Part shown: piece after piece, positions 48,850-59,392 of the stretch | Layout: the number at the start of each line of letters is the position of its first letter | Numbering within the stretch: the stretch's first letter is position 1 | Origin: an uncultured Nitrospiraceae bacterium | GTDB taxonomy: Bacteria; Nitrospirota; Nitrospiria; Nitrospirales; Nitrospiraceae | Reading direction: 5' to 3' | NCBI GenBank assembly: GCA_963706325.1 | Contig: CAVPLT010000007.1 | Coordinates: 608,001 to 672,000 of the forward strand | Length of the DNA: 64,000 nt | Translations under genes and position numbers: made by a program | Notes under the pieces: generated by a model | Databases searched by the model: none | The model's input: only the letters and a program-made list of their open reading frames with translations | What the model was told of the DNA's origin: nothing

Positions 48850-49881
48850 ATGGCAACCGGAGTAGAAGTATCCAAGCCGTCGATGGAGATCCGTTTTCAG
48901 CCGGCCTTACTGCAGGAGGTGATCGACTCCTTCATTGAAAAGACGGAACGGGAAGGGGATCCTACCTATTATAAAGAGTTTCATGAGCTGGCCGATCCGA
49001 TCTATGAGAAATTCACGCTCGATGATCGCGAAGCAGAGTTCAAGAAGCTGTATCAGTATTTGTTCGGAATCTGGGGTTTTTCCGATATTATCCGCGACGC
49101 CTTCAACGAGTTTCCTGAATTGAAGCAGCGTGTTGGCGTAGTGCTGGTCAAAGGTGTACTGAAGGAAGATCAGGAAGGGGTCGATGTGCTGCGGAAGTGG
49201 GGCTCCGTCGAACACGACCTGGCCAAGCAATTCGAGGAAAAGGGCTTGAAGGGAGTCGGCATCAAGTTGATTCCAAGACGGTTCTATGATCCGGCCCTCA
49301 CGCGCTACTGTCGGCATGAGCTCATGCACATCCATGACATGCTTGATCCCACCTTTGGATACGACCCTGATACCAGGGTCGGGCAAAACCCCGGTGAAGA
49401 AACCCTGATTCTGCATCGTTATCGGATTCTTTGGAATATCAGCGTCGACAGTCGGCTGATCGTGATGGGCAAAGAGCCCATGTTGTCGAAAGAGGATCGG
49501 TTCAAAGAATTTCGGTCATGGTACAGAAAAATCCCGCCCGCCCAATTGAAATCGGTGTTTGAAGGTCTCTGGCAGACCAGCTATTTCACGCACTCAGAAT
49601 TGGTTGAAATGGCGACAGACACGCTGCGCATTTTGGATCGCGCGGTGGACGTCGAGGGAGGAGAAGTCCCGGAGACCAACACAAAAGTCATGCTCATGCC
49701 GGGATTTCCTTGTCCATTGTGCCGCTTCCCCACCTATTCATGGGTGGAAGACATGGAAACCAAGCTGGAAGGATACATCCTGGACTTCATCCGCGAGAAC
49801 CATCCGGGGTGGGATGTCGAGTATGGCGCCTGCGATCGTTGCGTGGAAGTGTACAAGTTGCGCGCTGATGGTGTGATGTAG
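48850..49881 (+). CDS. Hypothetical protein with HExxH and C-terminal CxxC...CxxC
   Basis: RHELMHIHD; CPLC...CDRC. Confidence 0.8.
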   Translation: MATGVEVSKPSMEIRFQPALLQEVIDSFIEKTEREGDPTYYKEFHELADPIYEKFTLDDREAEFKKLYQYLFGIWGFSDIIRDAFNEFPELKQRVGVVLVKGVLKEDQEGVDVLRKWGSVEHDLAKQFEEKGLKGVGIKLIPRRFYDPALTRYCRHELMHIHDMLDPTFGYDPDTRVGQNPGEETLILHRYRILWNISVDSRLIVMGKEPMLSKEDRFKEFRSWYRKIPPAQLKSVFEGLWQTSYFTHSELVEMATDTLRILDRAVDVEGGEVPETNTKVMLMPGFPCPLCRFPTYSWVEDMETKLEGYILDFIRENHPGWDVEYGACDRCVEVYKLRADGVM

Positions 49882-49893
49882 TCGGAGACTATT

Positions 49894-50496
49894 GTGGCCG
49901 GTGATCCGAAATACGGGCGTCGAGATTTTTTAAAAGACTCCGTGGTCTCGGTGGCTAAGGCGGCTCGTGAGTTTGCCGCCTATAAAGATGCCCCCCGTGA
50001 GCTGCCTGCGGCTCCGTTACGGACGGATTGGCTACGTCCTCCGGGTGCGGTCGATGAAGTAACGTTCCTGGAGCAGTGCACGCGTTGCAGCGACTGCATG
50101 AAAGCCTGCCCACCAGGGGCGATCGTGAGCGATGTAGCGAACGGCAGTCCGATAATTTTCTCGGATCAAGTAGCGTGCGAATTGTGTGACGATTTTCCTT
50201 GTATCGCAGCCTGTGCAACGGAGGCTCTCCTCCCAGTCACAGATTGTCTCGACGTGCGGATGGGTGTGGCGACCGTATCGCACCGCGTGTGCACGGCGGG
50301 TCAAGGTTGTCATGCCTGCGTGTCGAAGTGCCCCGTCGAGGCGCTGTCGATGGATTTCAACGCCTTGCATTTGGTGGTGGCTCAAGACCGTTGTGTCGGA
50401 TGTGGAATGTGTGAACAGATTTGCAAGACCGTGAATGATCGTATTGCGATCAAGGTGGTACCGGCGCGAAACCTTGCTGCCGGCGCTCTTGGGTAG
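49894..50496 (+). CDS. NapG/MauM/NapF-like poly-[4Fe-4S] ferredoxin
   Basis: GRRDFLK; LRPPGA; CTRCSDCMKACP; CELC...C...C; CHACVSKCP; CVGCGMCEQIC. Confidence 0.88.
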   Translation: MAGDPKYGRRDFLKDSVVSVAKAAREFAAYKDAPRELPAAPLRTDWLRPPGAVDEVTFLEQCTRCSDCMKACPPGAIVSDVANGSPIIFSDQVACELCDDFPCIAACATEALLPVTDCLDVRMGVATVSHRVCTAGQGCHACVSKCPVEALSMDFNALHLVVAQDRCVGCGMCEQICKTVNDRIAIKVVPARNLAAGALG

Positions 50497-50589
50497 TCGT
50501 CCGTCAAACCTGTGTGAAAGATGAAGAACGTCAAGGAAATGATTGAAACGTCGGCACGTATGGCGATGAAAATGGAAGAGAGTTCATGC

Positions 50590-50618
50590 TTGACATCCCT
50601 CCTTCCTTTACCTATCAT
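50590..50618 (+). promoter_or_regulatory. sigma70 promoter for the chaperone-NxrC-like pair
   Basis: TTGACA-17bp-TATCAT; inverted repeat ATGTTGCG...CGCAACAT at 50644-50677. Confidence 0.7.
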
Positions 50619-50701
50619 ACGCCTCCTGTGCCGCAGGACTCAGATGTTGCGTAGTATGCGTAGAAAATGCGCAACATGTTGAGGTGAGGAGCAATAAACG
50701 T

Positions 50702-51679
50702 ATGACATCGAAACAAGTCGTGCAGCCCACCTCCGCCTCCTCTACCGCAGTCGCTCCCCCGCAGACTGTCGCTATCAAAGATTCGCCAGCCGTTGAACGA
50801 GCTCTTAATCGCAGCAAAATATATCTTCTATTCTCATGGAGCCTCTTGTATCCGGAGGATGAAGAGTTTCTTGATTACCTCCAGTGCGGTGAATTCGTTG
50901 AGGATGGACGGGCAGCGCTGGAAGGCCTGCGCGTGGCGCTAGACGGCATGGGTGGTGACCGCGCAGTTCAGAAAATTGCGTTGATGAAGAAACAGTTCGA
51001 CCACATCGAGAAGCTGGTCGCCGCCGAATGTGTCAACTGGCAGATCGGTGACCTCCAGACTGAGCACCGTCGGGTGTTTACCAATGTCATTACACTCGAT
51101 TGTCCGCCGTATGAAACTCTTTTCGGAAATGATCACGTCTTCGCGCAATCCCATGTCATGGGCGACATTGCCGGTTTTTACAAGGCATTCGGGGTCGAGC
51201 TGTCCAAGGATGTTCACGAACGTCTGGACCACCTGAGCGTCGAACTCGAGTTCATGCATTTTTTGACCTATAAGGAATCATATTCGCGTTGTCATGATGG
51301 CATGGATAAGACCGACATCGTGGTCGATGCGCAAAAGAAATTTATCAGAAATCATATCGGCCGTTGGGTGCCTTTGTTCTGTCGGATGTTGGCGAAGAAG
51401 TCTGATGACGGGTTGTTCAAATTGATCGCCGATTGTATGTCGGAGTGGATGGATTTTGAGGTCGCCTTTCTCGGAGTCCCTGTGCAGCCGTACTCCGAGA
51501 CGGATTACAGACCAGCTACCTTCAATGCTCCGGAAGGTCAAACCTACGAGTGTGGGGCGCAGGACAAAGGAAATGAGCTCAGTATGTTACTGAGCGAGGT
51601 TGGGGCCGAGTCCTTCATGGACCATAAGGCGAAAGAGAAGGACGGTGAAAAGGATGAAGGCCCTGTCGGAACTGCGTAG
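50702..51679 (+). CDS. TorD/DmsD-family molybdoenzyme maturation chaperone
   Basis: CPPYET, FYKAFG, ERLDHLSVELEFM, HIGRWVP. Confidence 0.88.
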   Translation: MTSKQVVQPTSASSTAVAPPQTVAIKDSPAVERALNRSKIYLLFSWSLLYPEDEEFLDYLQCGEFVEDGRAALEGLRVALDGMGGDRAVQKIALMKKQFDHIEKLVAAECVNWQIGDLQTEHRRVFTNVITLDCPPYETLFGNDHVFAQSHVMGDIAGFYKAFGVELSKDVHERLDHLSVELEFMHFLTYKESYSRCHDGMDKTDIVVDAQKKFIRNHIGRWVPLFCRMLAKKSDDGLFKLIADCMSEWMDFEVAFLGVPVQPYSETDYRPATFNAPEGQTYECGAQDKGNELSMLLSEVGAESFMDHKAKEKDGEKDEGPVGTA

Positions 51680-51778
51680 GGGTTCTTGGTTTGCGGGCAG
51701 TGTGGGATTCAGGTTTCGGTAGATGTTATAAGTTTTCCGTTCTTTTTCTTATTAATCTTTCAGAGGAGGGCATACGCA

Positions 51779-52732
51779 ATGAGACTGGTGCAGACACGCA
51801 ACAAAAGTTTGGTGTTTGGCATTCTGTTCTCTGCGCTGATCGTTGGCATTATGTTGACGATTGGGCAGGTGCCTCTCGCGGTTAGCCAACCGGTGACCAT
51901 TCCCGCGAAGGCGATCAAGGGGGCAATCCCAATGGATGGTGCGAACCCCATCTGGGAAGGAGTTCCGGGTGTCATCATTCCACTGAGCGGTCAGACTATC
52001 ACGACCCCGATGCATCCGAACATTTCGGTGAAGTCGGTGTTTGTGAAGGCGATCACCAATGGGAAGGACTTAGGTGTGCGCCTCGATTGGAGCGATCAAA
52101 CCAAGAATGACACGGCAATCGGACCGCAGGATTTTCGTGACCAGGTGGCGATCATGTTCCCGGTCAACACTGCGGGAGCTCCTCCATTCCAATGCATGGG
52201 TCAGTCTGGTGGGACCGTCAATATCTGGCGTTGGAACGCCGAGTGGCAGAAGGATCTTGGTAAGGACAGTGCCGGGATGTGGGACGTTGATGACCAATAC
52301 CCTGGCATTTTCTGGGACTATTATTTCGAAGAGCCGGCCGGTGGAGTCACCTATCCGGATCGTATCGGCCGAAGCCTTGGCCCATTCAATTCCGGTATTT
52401 GGTCCGGTAACATCATGTCCGACCCGACCCTGCGCGTCAGCTCCGTCGAGGATCTGAATGCCAATGGGTTCAGCACCCTAACCACCCAGGCCCATCAAGA
52501 TGTGATCGGCAATGGTGTGTGGGAGCCGGCAGGGTCACTTAAGGGCGGTGGATACTCAGGTCCGACGTGGCGTGTGGTTGTGAAGCGTTCGCTGGAAACC
52601 GGCGATGCAAACGACACGCAGTTCAAGGGTGGAGCTGCCGTGCCTATCGCCTTTGCGGTATGGGATGGTAACAACATCGAACGGAACGGCATGAAGGCGC
52701 TGTCCACCTGGTTTACGCTGAAGTTGCCGTAA
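51779..52732 (+). CDS. EbdC-like heme b subunit (NxrC candidate)
   Basis: GAGGAGG RBS; WSDQT, FRDQVA, CMGQ, NIWRW, FAVWDG, RNGMK. Confidence 0.85.
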   Translation: MRLVQTRNKSLVFGILFSALIVGIMLTIGQVPLAVSQPVTIPAKAIKGAIPMDGANPIWEGVPGVIIPLSGQTITTPMHPNISVKSVFVKAITNGKDLGVRLDWSDQTKNDTAIGPQDFRDQVAIMFPVNTAGAPPFQCMGQSGGTVNIWRWNAEWQKDLGKDSAGMWDVDDQYPGIFWDYYFEEPAGGVTYPDRIGRSLGPFNSGIWSGNIMSDPTLRVSSVEDLNANGFSTLTTQAHQDVIGNGVWEPAGSLKGGGYSGPTWRVVVKRSLETGDANDTQFKGGAAVPIAFAVWDGNNIERNGMKALSTWFTLKLP

Positions 52733-52797
52733 ACCAAGTAGCCCAGAGAGTATTATCCGCTCAGAAGTCGAGTAGAAGGATAGTTCAAGAATCGTAA

Positions 52798-52847
52798 AAG
52801 AAGGCCTCGAGTCGCTGCCAGCAGGGCAAAAGACTCGGGGCCTTCTT
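52798..52847 (+). terminator. Long hairpin, probable terminator
   Basis: AAGAAGGCCTCGAGTC...GACTCGGGGCCTTCTT. Confidence 0.6.
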
Positions 52848-53005
52848 GCATGTAGAGCAGCAATTTCAATCGGCTAGCTGAGAAGAGTTCCTTGCCTCGC
52901 AGTAAGCGTGAAGGGTTGCATTTGAGCTGGAGCGGAGTGTATAAACCGATACGGTGCGATGTTACCGAAAACACTGATTTTCCTGCTTAATATAAAGATT
53001 GTCTT

Positions 53006-54787
53006 ATGAAAGTTTCACTCCTGTTTCCGCCTACATGGCATCCGTCTCAACCCTATCTGAGCCTGCCATCCCTCACAGGGTTCCTTACGCAGGCGGGGGT
53101 GAAAAGTGTCTCCCAACGCGATCTTGGCATCGAGTTGTTGGACAAGGTTCTGACTCAATCATTTGCTCATAATCTCTATCAGCAACTGGTAGCGAAACAG
53201 CGCGGCCTCGAGCGAGAACGCACGGGCGAGACCGGCCCAGGGAGCGCCGAACAACTCGCACGGATCATCGAGTCGCTCGATCGGTTTCCGTATTTGTTTG
53301 AGCGAATCGAGTTGGCAAAAGAAACGTTACGCGGAGAAGGGTTCTACGATATCGAAGCCTACCGCAACAGTCTTTTTCTGATCGATAAATGGCTTGAAGT
53401 GCTCTCCTCGCTCTATTTCCCGACACGAATGACGGTTGTCGACAATCAGTTCGGCGACTATTCCATCTACTCGTCGAAAGATTTGGTTAAGGCGATCCGG
53501 GATGAAACGCAGAATCCCTATGTCAGTTTATTTCGTGAACATGTGTTACCGTCTATTCTGACGGATCGTCCGGATTTGGTCGGCGTGTCCATCACAGCGA
53601 CCTCGCAAATTATTCCTGGTCTCACGCTCTGCCGATTAATCAAAGAACATGCGCCGGAGCTGCACGTGACGGTCGGCGGTAGCATTTTCACCAGATTGGT
53701 GGATAACCTCCGCCGCTGTCCATGGCTGTTCGACCTTGTTGACGACTTCGTAGTATTCGAAGGAGAAACGGCGCTTCTTGAACTTGTGAATCAGATGGAC
53801 GGTAGGCGGGATTTCAGTAAGGTCCCCAATCTAATTTATCGCCAGAACGGCAAAATTACGGTCAATCAACCGTTTTACTCTGAAAATATCAACCAGCTCA
53901 CGGCGCCGAATTACGACGGGTTTCCGCTCGACCTTTATTTGTCGCCGGAGCCCGTTCTTCCGGTACAATTTTCACGCGGGTGTTATTACAAGGACTGCGC
54001 GTTCTGTGCCCTGACGCTGGATCATCAAAACTTTCGTCAGCGCGACCCTGGCAAAACGGTGGATGACCTTGCCTGGTTGAAGGAGCGCTATGGGGCGCAG
54101 TCATTTTTCTTCACCGACGAATGTTTTGCCCTGTCTCCCACCAAACGCCTTTGCCAACAAATGATTGACCGGCAGTTGAACGTCAAATGGACCTGTGAGT
54201 TGCGTTTTGAGAAAAACCTCACGCGGGAATTGCTTGGACAGATGCGGGACGCCGGGTGTTTGAAAATTGTGTTCGGTTTGGAGTCGTTTAATCAACGGGT
54301 CATGGATTTCATGAAAAAGGGCATCAAGCAGGAGTCCGTGCGCCGAATCGCCGAGGATTGCGTGGATCTGGGCATCGCCGTGCACTGTTATGTGATCGTC
54401 GGATTTCCTACGGAGAAGGAGGAGGAGGCGCTTGATACGATGAACTTCGTCGTGGAAAACACGAAGCTCAACGGGTCATACGGGTTCTCTTGTCAGCCCT
54501 GTCTGTTCGATCTGGAAAAAGAAGCGCCGATCATGAGTGATCCTGGCAGTTACGGCATCCGACGAATTATGCGTCCGGCAGCGGAAGATTTAAGTTTGGG
54601 GTTCTTTTATGAAGTGCAAGAGGGCATGACTCCTGCCCAAGCCGAACAACTTTACCAGCACGTCTACGAAAAAATCAGTGAAGTCGTGTGTGAATTGCCG
54701 TTTAATTATTCGATGGCTGACGGGTTGCTATATATCGCCCGGGCCAAGTCGCAAGCATTACAGATCCCACAACCGACCGGTTCCTAA
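53006..54787 (+). CDS. Cobalamin-binding radical SAM enzyme
   Basis: LLFPP...PYLSLPSL; B12-like DLVGVS...VGG...FEGE; SRGCYYKDCAFC; FGLES. Confidence 0.85.
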   Translation: MKVSLLFPPTWHPSQPYLSLPSLTGFLTQAGVKSVSQRDLGIELLDKVLTQSFAHNLYQQLVAKQRGLERERTGETGPGSAEQLARIIESLDRFPYLFERIELAKETLRGEGFYDIEAYRNSLFLIDKWLEVLSSLYFPTRMTVVDNQFGDYSIYSSKDLVKAIRDETQNPYVSLFREHVLPSILTDRPDLVGVSITATSQIIPGLTLCRLIKEHAPELHVTVGGSIFTRLVDNLRRCPWLFDLVDDFVVFEGETALLELVNQMDGRRDFSKVPNLIYRQNGKITVNQPFYSENINQLTAPNYDGFPLDLYLSPEPVLPVQFSRGCYYKDCAFCALTLDHQNFRQRDPGKTVDDLAWLKERYGAQSFFFTDECFALSPTKRLCQQMIDRQLNVKWTCELRFEKNLTRELLGQMRDAGCLKIVFGLESFNQRVMDFMKKGIKQESVRRIAEDCVDLGIAVHCYVIVGFPTEKEEEALDTMNFVVENTKLNGSYGFSCQPCLFDLEKEAPIMSDPGSYGIRRIMRPAAEDLSLGFFYEVQEGMTPAQAEQLYQHVYEKISEVVCELPFNYSMADGLLYIARAKSQALQIPQPTGS

Positions 54788-54875
54788 TCTGCCTGCCTTA
54801 GCCAAGTCCTGAGGCTGCGAGTATCGACCGGTGTTTTTCGCGGGACGATCACTAATGTTGCACAGGAGGCTGGAG

Positions 54876-55997
54876 ATGTCTGTTATAGCCGCTACAGCCG
54901 AACGATCCACTGGACGAGTGGAAGATCAGGGCCTACTGTTCGAATACACCATCAAGCTGGTGTTAATCGTCGGTTTCTTCGAACTCGTGCTCTATCGGCT
55001 GGTTTCCCGTCTCGGCATGCATATCAGCAAGATCGCCGCGGAGCACGAGTGGGTCGGTACGACCTTTCAATTGCTCACATCTGTCGGCTTTGCCCTGCTG
55101 AATGTCGTCGCAATCTTTGTCTTTCTGGCGCTCGTTGTCTTGCTTCTGAATAGGCTGCGCGCACGTGGGATTTCGGGGGTCCACGCCGTCACGATTCCCA
55201 GCGTCGGACTCCTCTTGATTCTAACGGTCGCATTCCTGATCGTGCCGCCGGGTATGGTGGGTTCCATCGCATACAATGTCACTACGGTCATTGCTCTTAC
55301 CGCCTTGATGATCGAATACCTGTCACAGCACCAGGAGTGGTCCAAGCGGATCATGGGTGCGACCTACTATTTCGGCATTTCCGGGTGGCTGTACTACCAG
55401 ATTCTTTCCACCACTTACGGATGGATGGGGGTGATTGCGGCTCCCCCGTTGGTTTATGAAGCCAATCGTCTTGGCGAAGCGCTGATGGTCCTCGCAAGCA
55501 TCCTCGTGTTTTGGGCCTATGGCCGCGGGGTGTCGTTTCGCACTCGAAACCGACAGCAGCGCCGACGCGCTATCTGGTTCGGGGCCGTCTCTGGAGTAGT
55601 ATTTCTCGCCCTCTTCTTCATGGACTATTTCCTCGGCCTCTACAATCCGGTATTGGCCCATTCCATTCGGAAAGCCGGCGAGGGTATCAGCTGGATCTTT
55701 CAGATGGGCATGGGGTATACCTTTTACTTGCCCTTTGCGTTTTATGTTGCGGGGCTGTTGTGTTGGTCCTATACCGTGATCAGGCTTGTGACTATGGGAC
55801 GCCTGGCGGGATATGGTCTCGCATTAATGTTTATTGCCGGCTACGCGTTGCTGTTTTCAAGTTTGAGTCTAATGGTCATACTCGGGGTCATGTTGCTGAC
55901 ACTCGATCGGCCCACGGGCGTCGCGATGGAGCAGGCGGCCGTGATTAAGCCCCCGCTTGTGGACTCGCAGAATTCTCTCGTTAGCGGACACATTTAA
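54876..55997 (+). CDS. Polytopic membrane protein, unknown function
   Basis: About 10 TM segments; AGGAGG RBS. Confidence 0.75.
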   Translation: MSVIAATAERSTGRVEDQGLLFEYTIKLVLIVGFFELVLYRLVSRLGMHISKIAAEHEWVGTTFQLLTSVGFALLNVVAIFVFLALVVLLLNRLRARGISGVHAVTIPSVGLLLILTVAFLIVPPGMVGSIAYNVTTVIALTALMIEYLSQHQEWSKRIMGATYYFGISGWLYYQILSTTYGWMGVIAAPPLVYEANRLGEALMVLASILVFWAYGRGVSFRTRNRQQRRRAIWFGAVSGVVFLALFFMDYFLGLYNPVLAHSIRKAGEGISWIFQMGMGYTFYLPFAFYVAGLLCWSYTVIRLVTMGRLAGYGLALMFIAGYALLFSSLSLMVILGVMLLTLDRPTGVAMEQAAVIKPPLVDSQNSLVSGHI

Positions 55998-56026
55998 TCT
56001 TTCCCGTCACCCAGAGAGTAGGACAT

Positions 56027-56846
56027 GTGGCTATGGATGAACAGACACAGATGACCGGCGCAGAGCAAGGCAGCGCGGCGGTAGATCCAGAAGAGCAGGC
56101 CTTGAATCCCGATGAAGAAATCACGGAGATTGAAAAATTGCTCAGCACTGAGCCGGACGATTTTCAGGCTCGATGCCGGCTGGGGGAATTGTATTTCAGC
56201 AAAGGTCGGCTCGACGACGCGTTGACCGAAGTGAAGAAATCGATTGAGATGGCCGAGGGTCTCAGGACGGAAATGAATCGGTCTCTCGCGATGTATTATT
56301 CGAACCTCGGGACCATCTACGCCACGAAAGGTATGATCGATGAGGCCGAGGCAGAATTCAAGCGCGCACTCGATGTGCATGCCTATGATGTTTTGGCCCT
56401 CTTCAATCTTGGGCCGCGTGCAGGCGGACAAGAGAAAATACATGGAGTCGAAGAACTATTACGAGCGACTCGTGGAGATTACGCCAGACGATCCGATGGC
56501 ATGGTACAATCTTGCGGGCGTCTATGTGGAATTGGACAATCCGCAAGTGTCCGACTACAACACCATGGATATGGCGATTCAGTGTTACCTACGGGTCCTC
56601 GAACTCGATCCGAAGCATTTGGAAGCCAGTTTCAAGCTGATGGAGATCGCCCTCAATCACAAAAAGACCGATCTGGCGATCAAGGTGATGGAGAGTGCCG
56701 TGGAGCACAGTCCTGATGAGCCGCTCGCCTACTACAATTTGATCAGTGTCTACGATAAGTGCAAAATGTTTGAACAGGCCGAGCAGGCTCGCCAGCGCCT
56801 GAAGGAACGATTCGCGAAGAAGGCCAAAGAGGGAGCCGCATCCTAA
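56027..56846 (+). pseudogene. TPR protein split by a frameshift near 56411 (or a sequencing error)
   Basis: TPR helices run up to ALFNLG in one frame and continue as GRVQADK...AWYNLAG in the next frame. Confidence 0.75.
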
Positions 56847-56870
56847 ACATGTGAGCAAAGGAGACACACC

Positions 56871-57281
56871 ATGTTTGGCAGCCTTGGTTTTACAGAGTTG
56901 ATCCTGATCCTGTTCATCGTACTGATTATTTTTGGTGCGGGGAAATTGCCTCAGCTGGGCGAAGGAATCGGCAAAGCGATCAAGGGATTCAAGAAATCCG
57001 TCCACGAGGCGGATATGATCGAAGCCGAGGCCCAGGCACAAGCCCAGCAGGCCGAGCCAGTTCAAGCACAGGCCATTCAGGCGCAGCCTGCCGTACCCAT
57101 GCCGACGCCACAGGCGGAACAACCGGTTGCGGCCGTCAACTCCACCCGCGCACGCGTAAATTTTTCGACACAACGGGCTCAGCACAGAACGGATCTAGTC
57201 AGTTATGGAAACAGATGTTCAGTTGGCGATCGGATACATCGAGACCTTCGCCGGAAACGGCAAGGCACGGAGCACAGGTGA
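56871..57281 (+). CDS. tatA: Twin-arginine translocase TatA/E (3' end uncertain)
   Basis: [36 protein letters not shown]-rich tail. Confidence 0.9.
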   Translation: MFGSLGFTELILILFIVLIIFGAGKLPQLGEGIGKAIKGFKKSVHEADMIEAEAQAQAQQAEPVQAQAIQAQPAVPMPTPQAEQPVAAVNSTRARVNFSTQRAQHRTDLVSYGNRCSVGDRIHRDLRRKRQGTEHR

Positions 57282-58458
57282 CGGCAAACGTGCCGTGAAG
57301 GCAGGCATCCCTCTTCCGCATCATGTTGCATTGGACCGTGAGGAACGATGGTTGTACTTTGCAGAGTCCGGGTCTGACCGCGTGCGGCGCGTGAATCTGG
57401 CGGAAGGCACCCTCCATAATTTCGCCGGAATCGGTGAGACCTGCTACAGCGGAGACGAAGGGCTGTGCGGTGAAGCCGGATTGTATCTGCCGCTTGATGT
57501 GGCCTTTGACTCGCACAATGACCTGTACATTTGTGATTCAGGCAGCAACCGAATCCGCAAGATCGATCGCGAGACCGGGATCATCTCGACCGTGGTGGGA
57601 ACCGGCGAACATGGATTCAACGGTGACGGTGCAGCGCTGGAAGTGAATTTGACGTGGCCGGCGGCGATCGCGTTCGACGCTGACGATGTGATGTACATCG
57701 CCGATACGCAAGCGCACCGCATTCGCCGGTATGATTCACGAACCGGCCGGGTGGAGACCATCGCGGGAAGCTGGACTGCGGAAGACGAAGCTCGCGAGCA
57801 GCCGCTGGTGGCGCGGAACCTGGTCGTCCTTTCAGGCGACGCGATCGGGATTGATTTCAGTGACGACAATGGATGGCTCATGCCAGTCTGCTCGGACGGT
57901 CTCAGTCTGTCCATGTATCTCGACGATGGTCATCCGGCGATGGAGGCGCGACTGTACGATATTGTGGGCATTGCGGTCGACAAAGCTGGGGATGTCCACA
58001 TTGTGGACAAGGGCAGCAATCGTGTGCGGAAGATTGATGGCAAAACAGGGTTGATCTCCACACTTGCCGGTGTGTGCCGGTACGGATATGACGGAGACGG
58101 CAAGCTGGCGGCGAAGTCGATGCTGCACGCGCCTGAAGCCATCGTGTTCGATCAGCACAATCATGCCTATATTTCCGATACAGGCAATCATCGAGTCCGT
58201 AAGGTTGACGCAGACACCGGGCTCATCAGCACCGTGGCTGGCAACGGTGACAGCGGCTACGATGATAAGAATATGGGCGGCTGTGGCGCTGCTCGGTTTG
58301 TTGCCAAGGATGCCGCAGGTGGACTGAAGCATGGAGATGGCCTGCTGGCCGTAGAGGCGGTCGTGAATTCTCCAGTCGGGCTGACGCTCGATACGCAAGG
58401 GTATCTCTATATCTGCGAGCGGGGGGAAAACAAGATCCGTCGCGCCAAGTTATGGTAG
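57205..58458 (+). CDS. NHL-repeat beta-propeller protein
   Basis: Repeated P..IAFD....YI.D.GN.R(I/V)RK.D..TG.ISTVAG. Confidence 0.85.
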   Translation: METDVQLAIGYIETFAGNGKARSTGDGKRAVKAGIPLPHHVALDREERWLYFAESGSDRVRRVNLAEGTLHNFAGIGETCYSGDEGLCGEAGLYLPLDVAFDSHNDLYICDSGSNRIRKIDRETGIISTVVGTGEHGFNGDGAALEVNLTWPAAIAFDADDVMYIADTQAHRIRRYDSRTGRVETIAGSWTAEDEAREQPLVARNLVVLSGDAIGIDFSDDNGWLMPVCSDGLSLSMYLDDGHPAMEARLYDIVGIAVDKAGDVHIVDKGSNRVRKIDGKTGLISTLAGVCRYGYDGDGKLAAKSMLHAPEAIVFDQHNHAYISDTGNHRVRKVDADTGLISTVAGNGDSGYDDKNMGGCGAARFVAKDAAGGLKHGDGLLAVEAVVNSPVGLTLDTQGYLYICERGENKIRRAKLW

Positions 58459-58535
58459 TGGCGTTCGACGGATTCATCGTTCCCAGTTGTGGAACGTATG
58501 CATGAGTTCTCACGGCTAGGGCATCGCGCCGGGGC

Positions 58536-59378
58536 ATGAGGCGAATGACGTCGGTCCACACATCCCGTACCAAGCTGCTGTATTTTCTCTCCGGTCTGCT
58601 TCTTCTCGCCCTCATTCTGGGCGGCCTTGGTATTCCCATCGTCAGTTCGGAAGGCATGATTATTCGTGCACAGGCGGTCACGGGAGACATTCCCGTCACG
58701 CCTGAAGATCCTCTGTGGCAGAAAATCTCCCCCATGACACTGCCGTTGAGCGGGCAAATCATTACCAGGCCCGTGTGGCCCGAGCCGACGGCGCATGCGT
58801 TGGCGGTCCGTGCGGTTCACAACGGCACAGACATTGCTTTTCTGCTTGAGTGGCAAGACAACACGAAAAACGATCGACTCACGCCCGGTACCTTTCGCGA
58901 TGGGGTGGCGCTGGGATTGCCGCTCGGCGATGCTCCGGCATTTTTCTGCATGGGTCAATTAGATCACTACATCAATATTTGGCACTGGAAGGCCGATTGG
59001 CAGAGTGATATCGATCGCCGGGCCGCCAGGACGACGGAAAAAGACAAAGCGGTCAGTGGTGAGCCGCGGCGCTTCGAGGTCATTCCTCGGCGAGCATCGT
59101 CGGTGGAGGATTTGATCGGCGGCGGGTTCAGTACCCTGACCACGAAAGAGAAGCAGGGGCGTGTGCAGGGCAAGGCCACATGGAAAGACGGCATGTGGAG
59201 GGTGGTGATGCGACGGCCACTATCCAGCGAAGAACAAGAAAATGAAGCGAAATTAATTCCGGGACGTATCCAGGCGGTTTCCTTTGCCGTGTGGAATGGC
59301 GAGAACAAGGAGCGCAATGGCCAAAAAGCCATCGCCCCTTGGTTTCAACTCTCGCTTGACCCTGTCACAAAAACGTAG
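58536..59378 (+). CDS. EbdC-like heme b subunit (NxrC candidate), paralog
   Basis: WQDNT, FRDGVA, FCMGQ, NIWHW, FAVWNG, RNGQK. Confidence 0.85.
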   Translation: MRRMTSVHTSRTKLLYFLSGLLLLALILGGLGIPIVSSEGMIIRAQAVTGDIPVTPEDPLWQKISPMTLPLSGQIITRPVWPEPTAHALAVRAVHNGTDIAFLLEWQDNTKNDRLTPGTFRDGVALGLPLGDAPAFFCMGQLDHYINIWHWKADWQSDIDRRAARTTEKDKAVSGEPRRFEVIPRRASSVEDLIGGGFSTLTTKEKQGRVQGKATWKDGMWRVVMRRPLSSEEQENEAKLIPGRIQAVSFAVWNGENKERNGQKAIAPWFQLSLDPVTKT

Positions 59379-59392
59379 TTGTTGCTGGTAGG

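Noticed and set aside
50521..50682. 53-aa Met-rich ORF upstream of the chaperone
   Set aside because: It spans the predicted promoter, lacks a clear RBS and has no recognisable features.
53006..54787. Radical SAM as RiPP partner of the HExxH enzyme
   Set aside because: It is ~47 kb away, B12-type with no SPASM motif seen, and has no adjacent precursor.
57020..57130. CAGGC-rich repeats as a CRISPR or tandem array
   Set aside because: They encode the Gln/Ala-rich TatA tail; there is no repeat-spacer periodicity and no cas genes.
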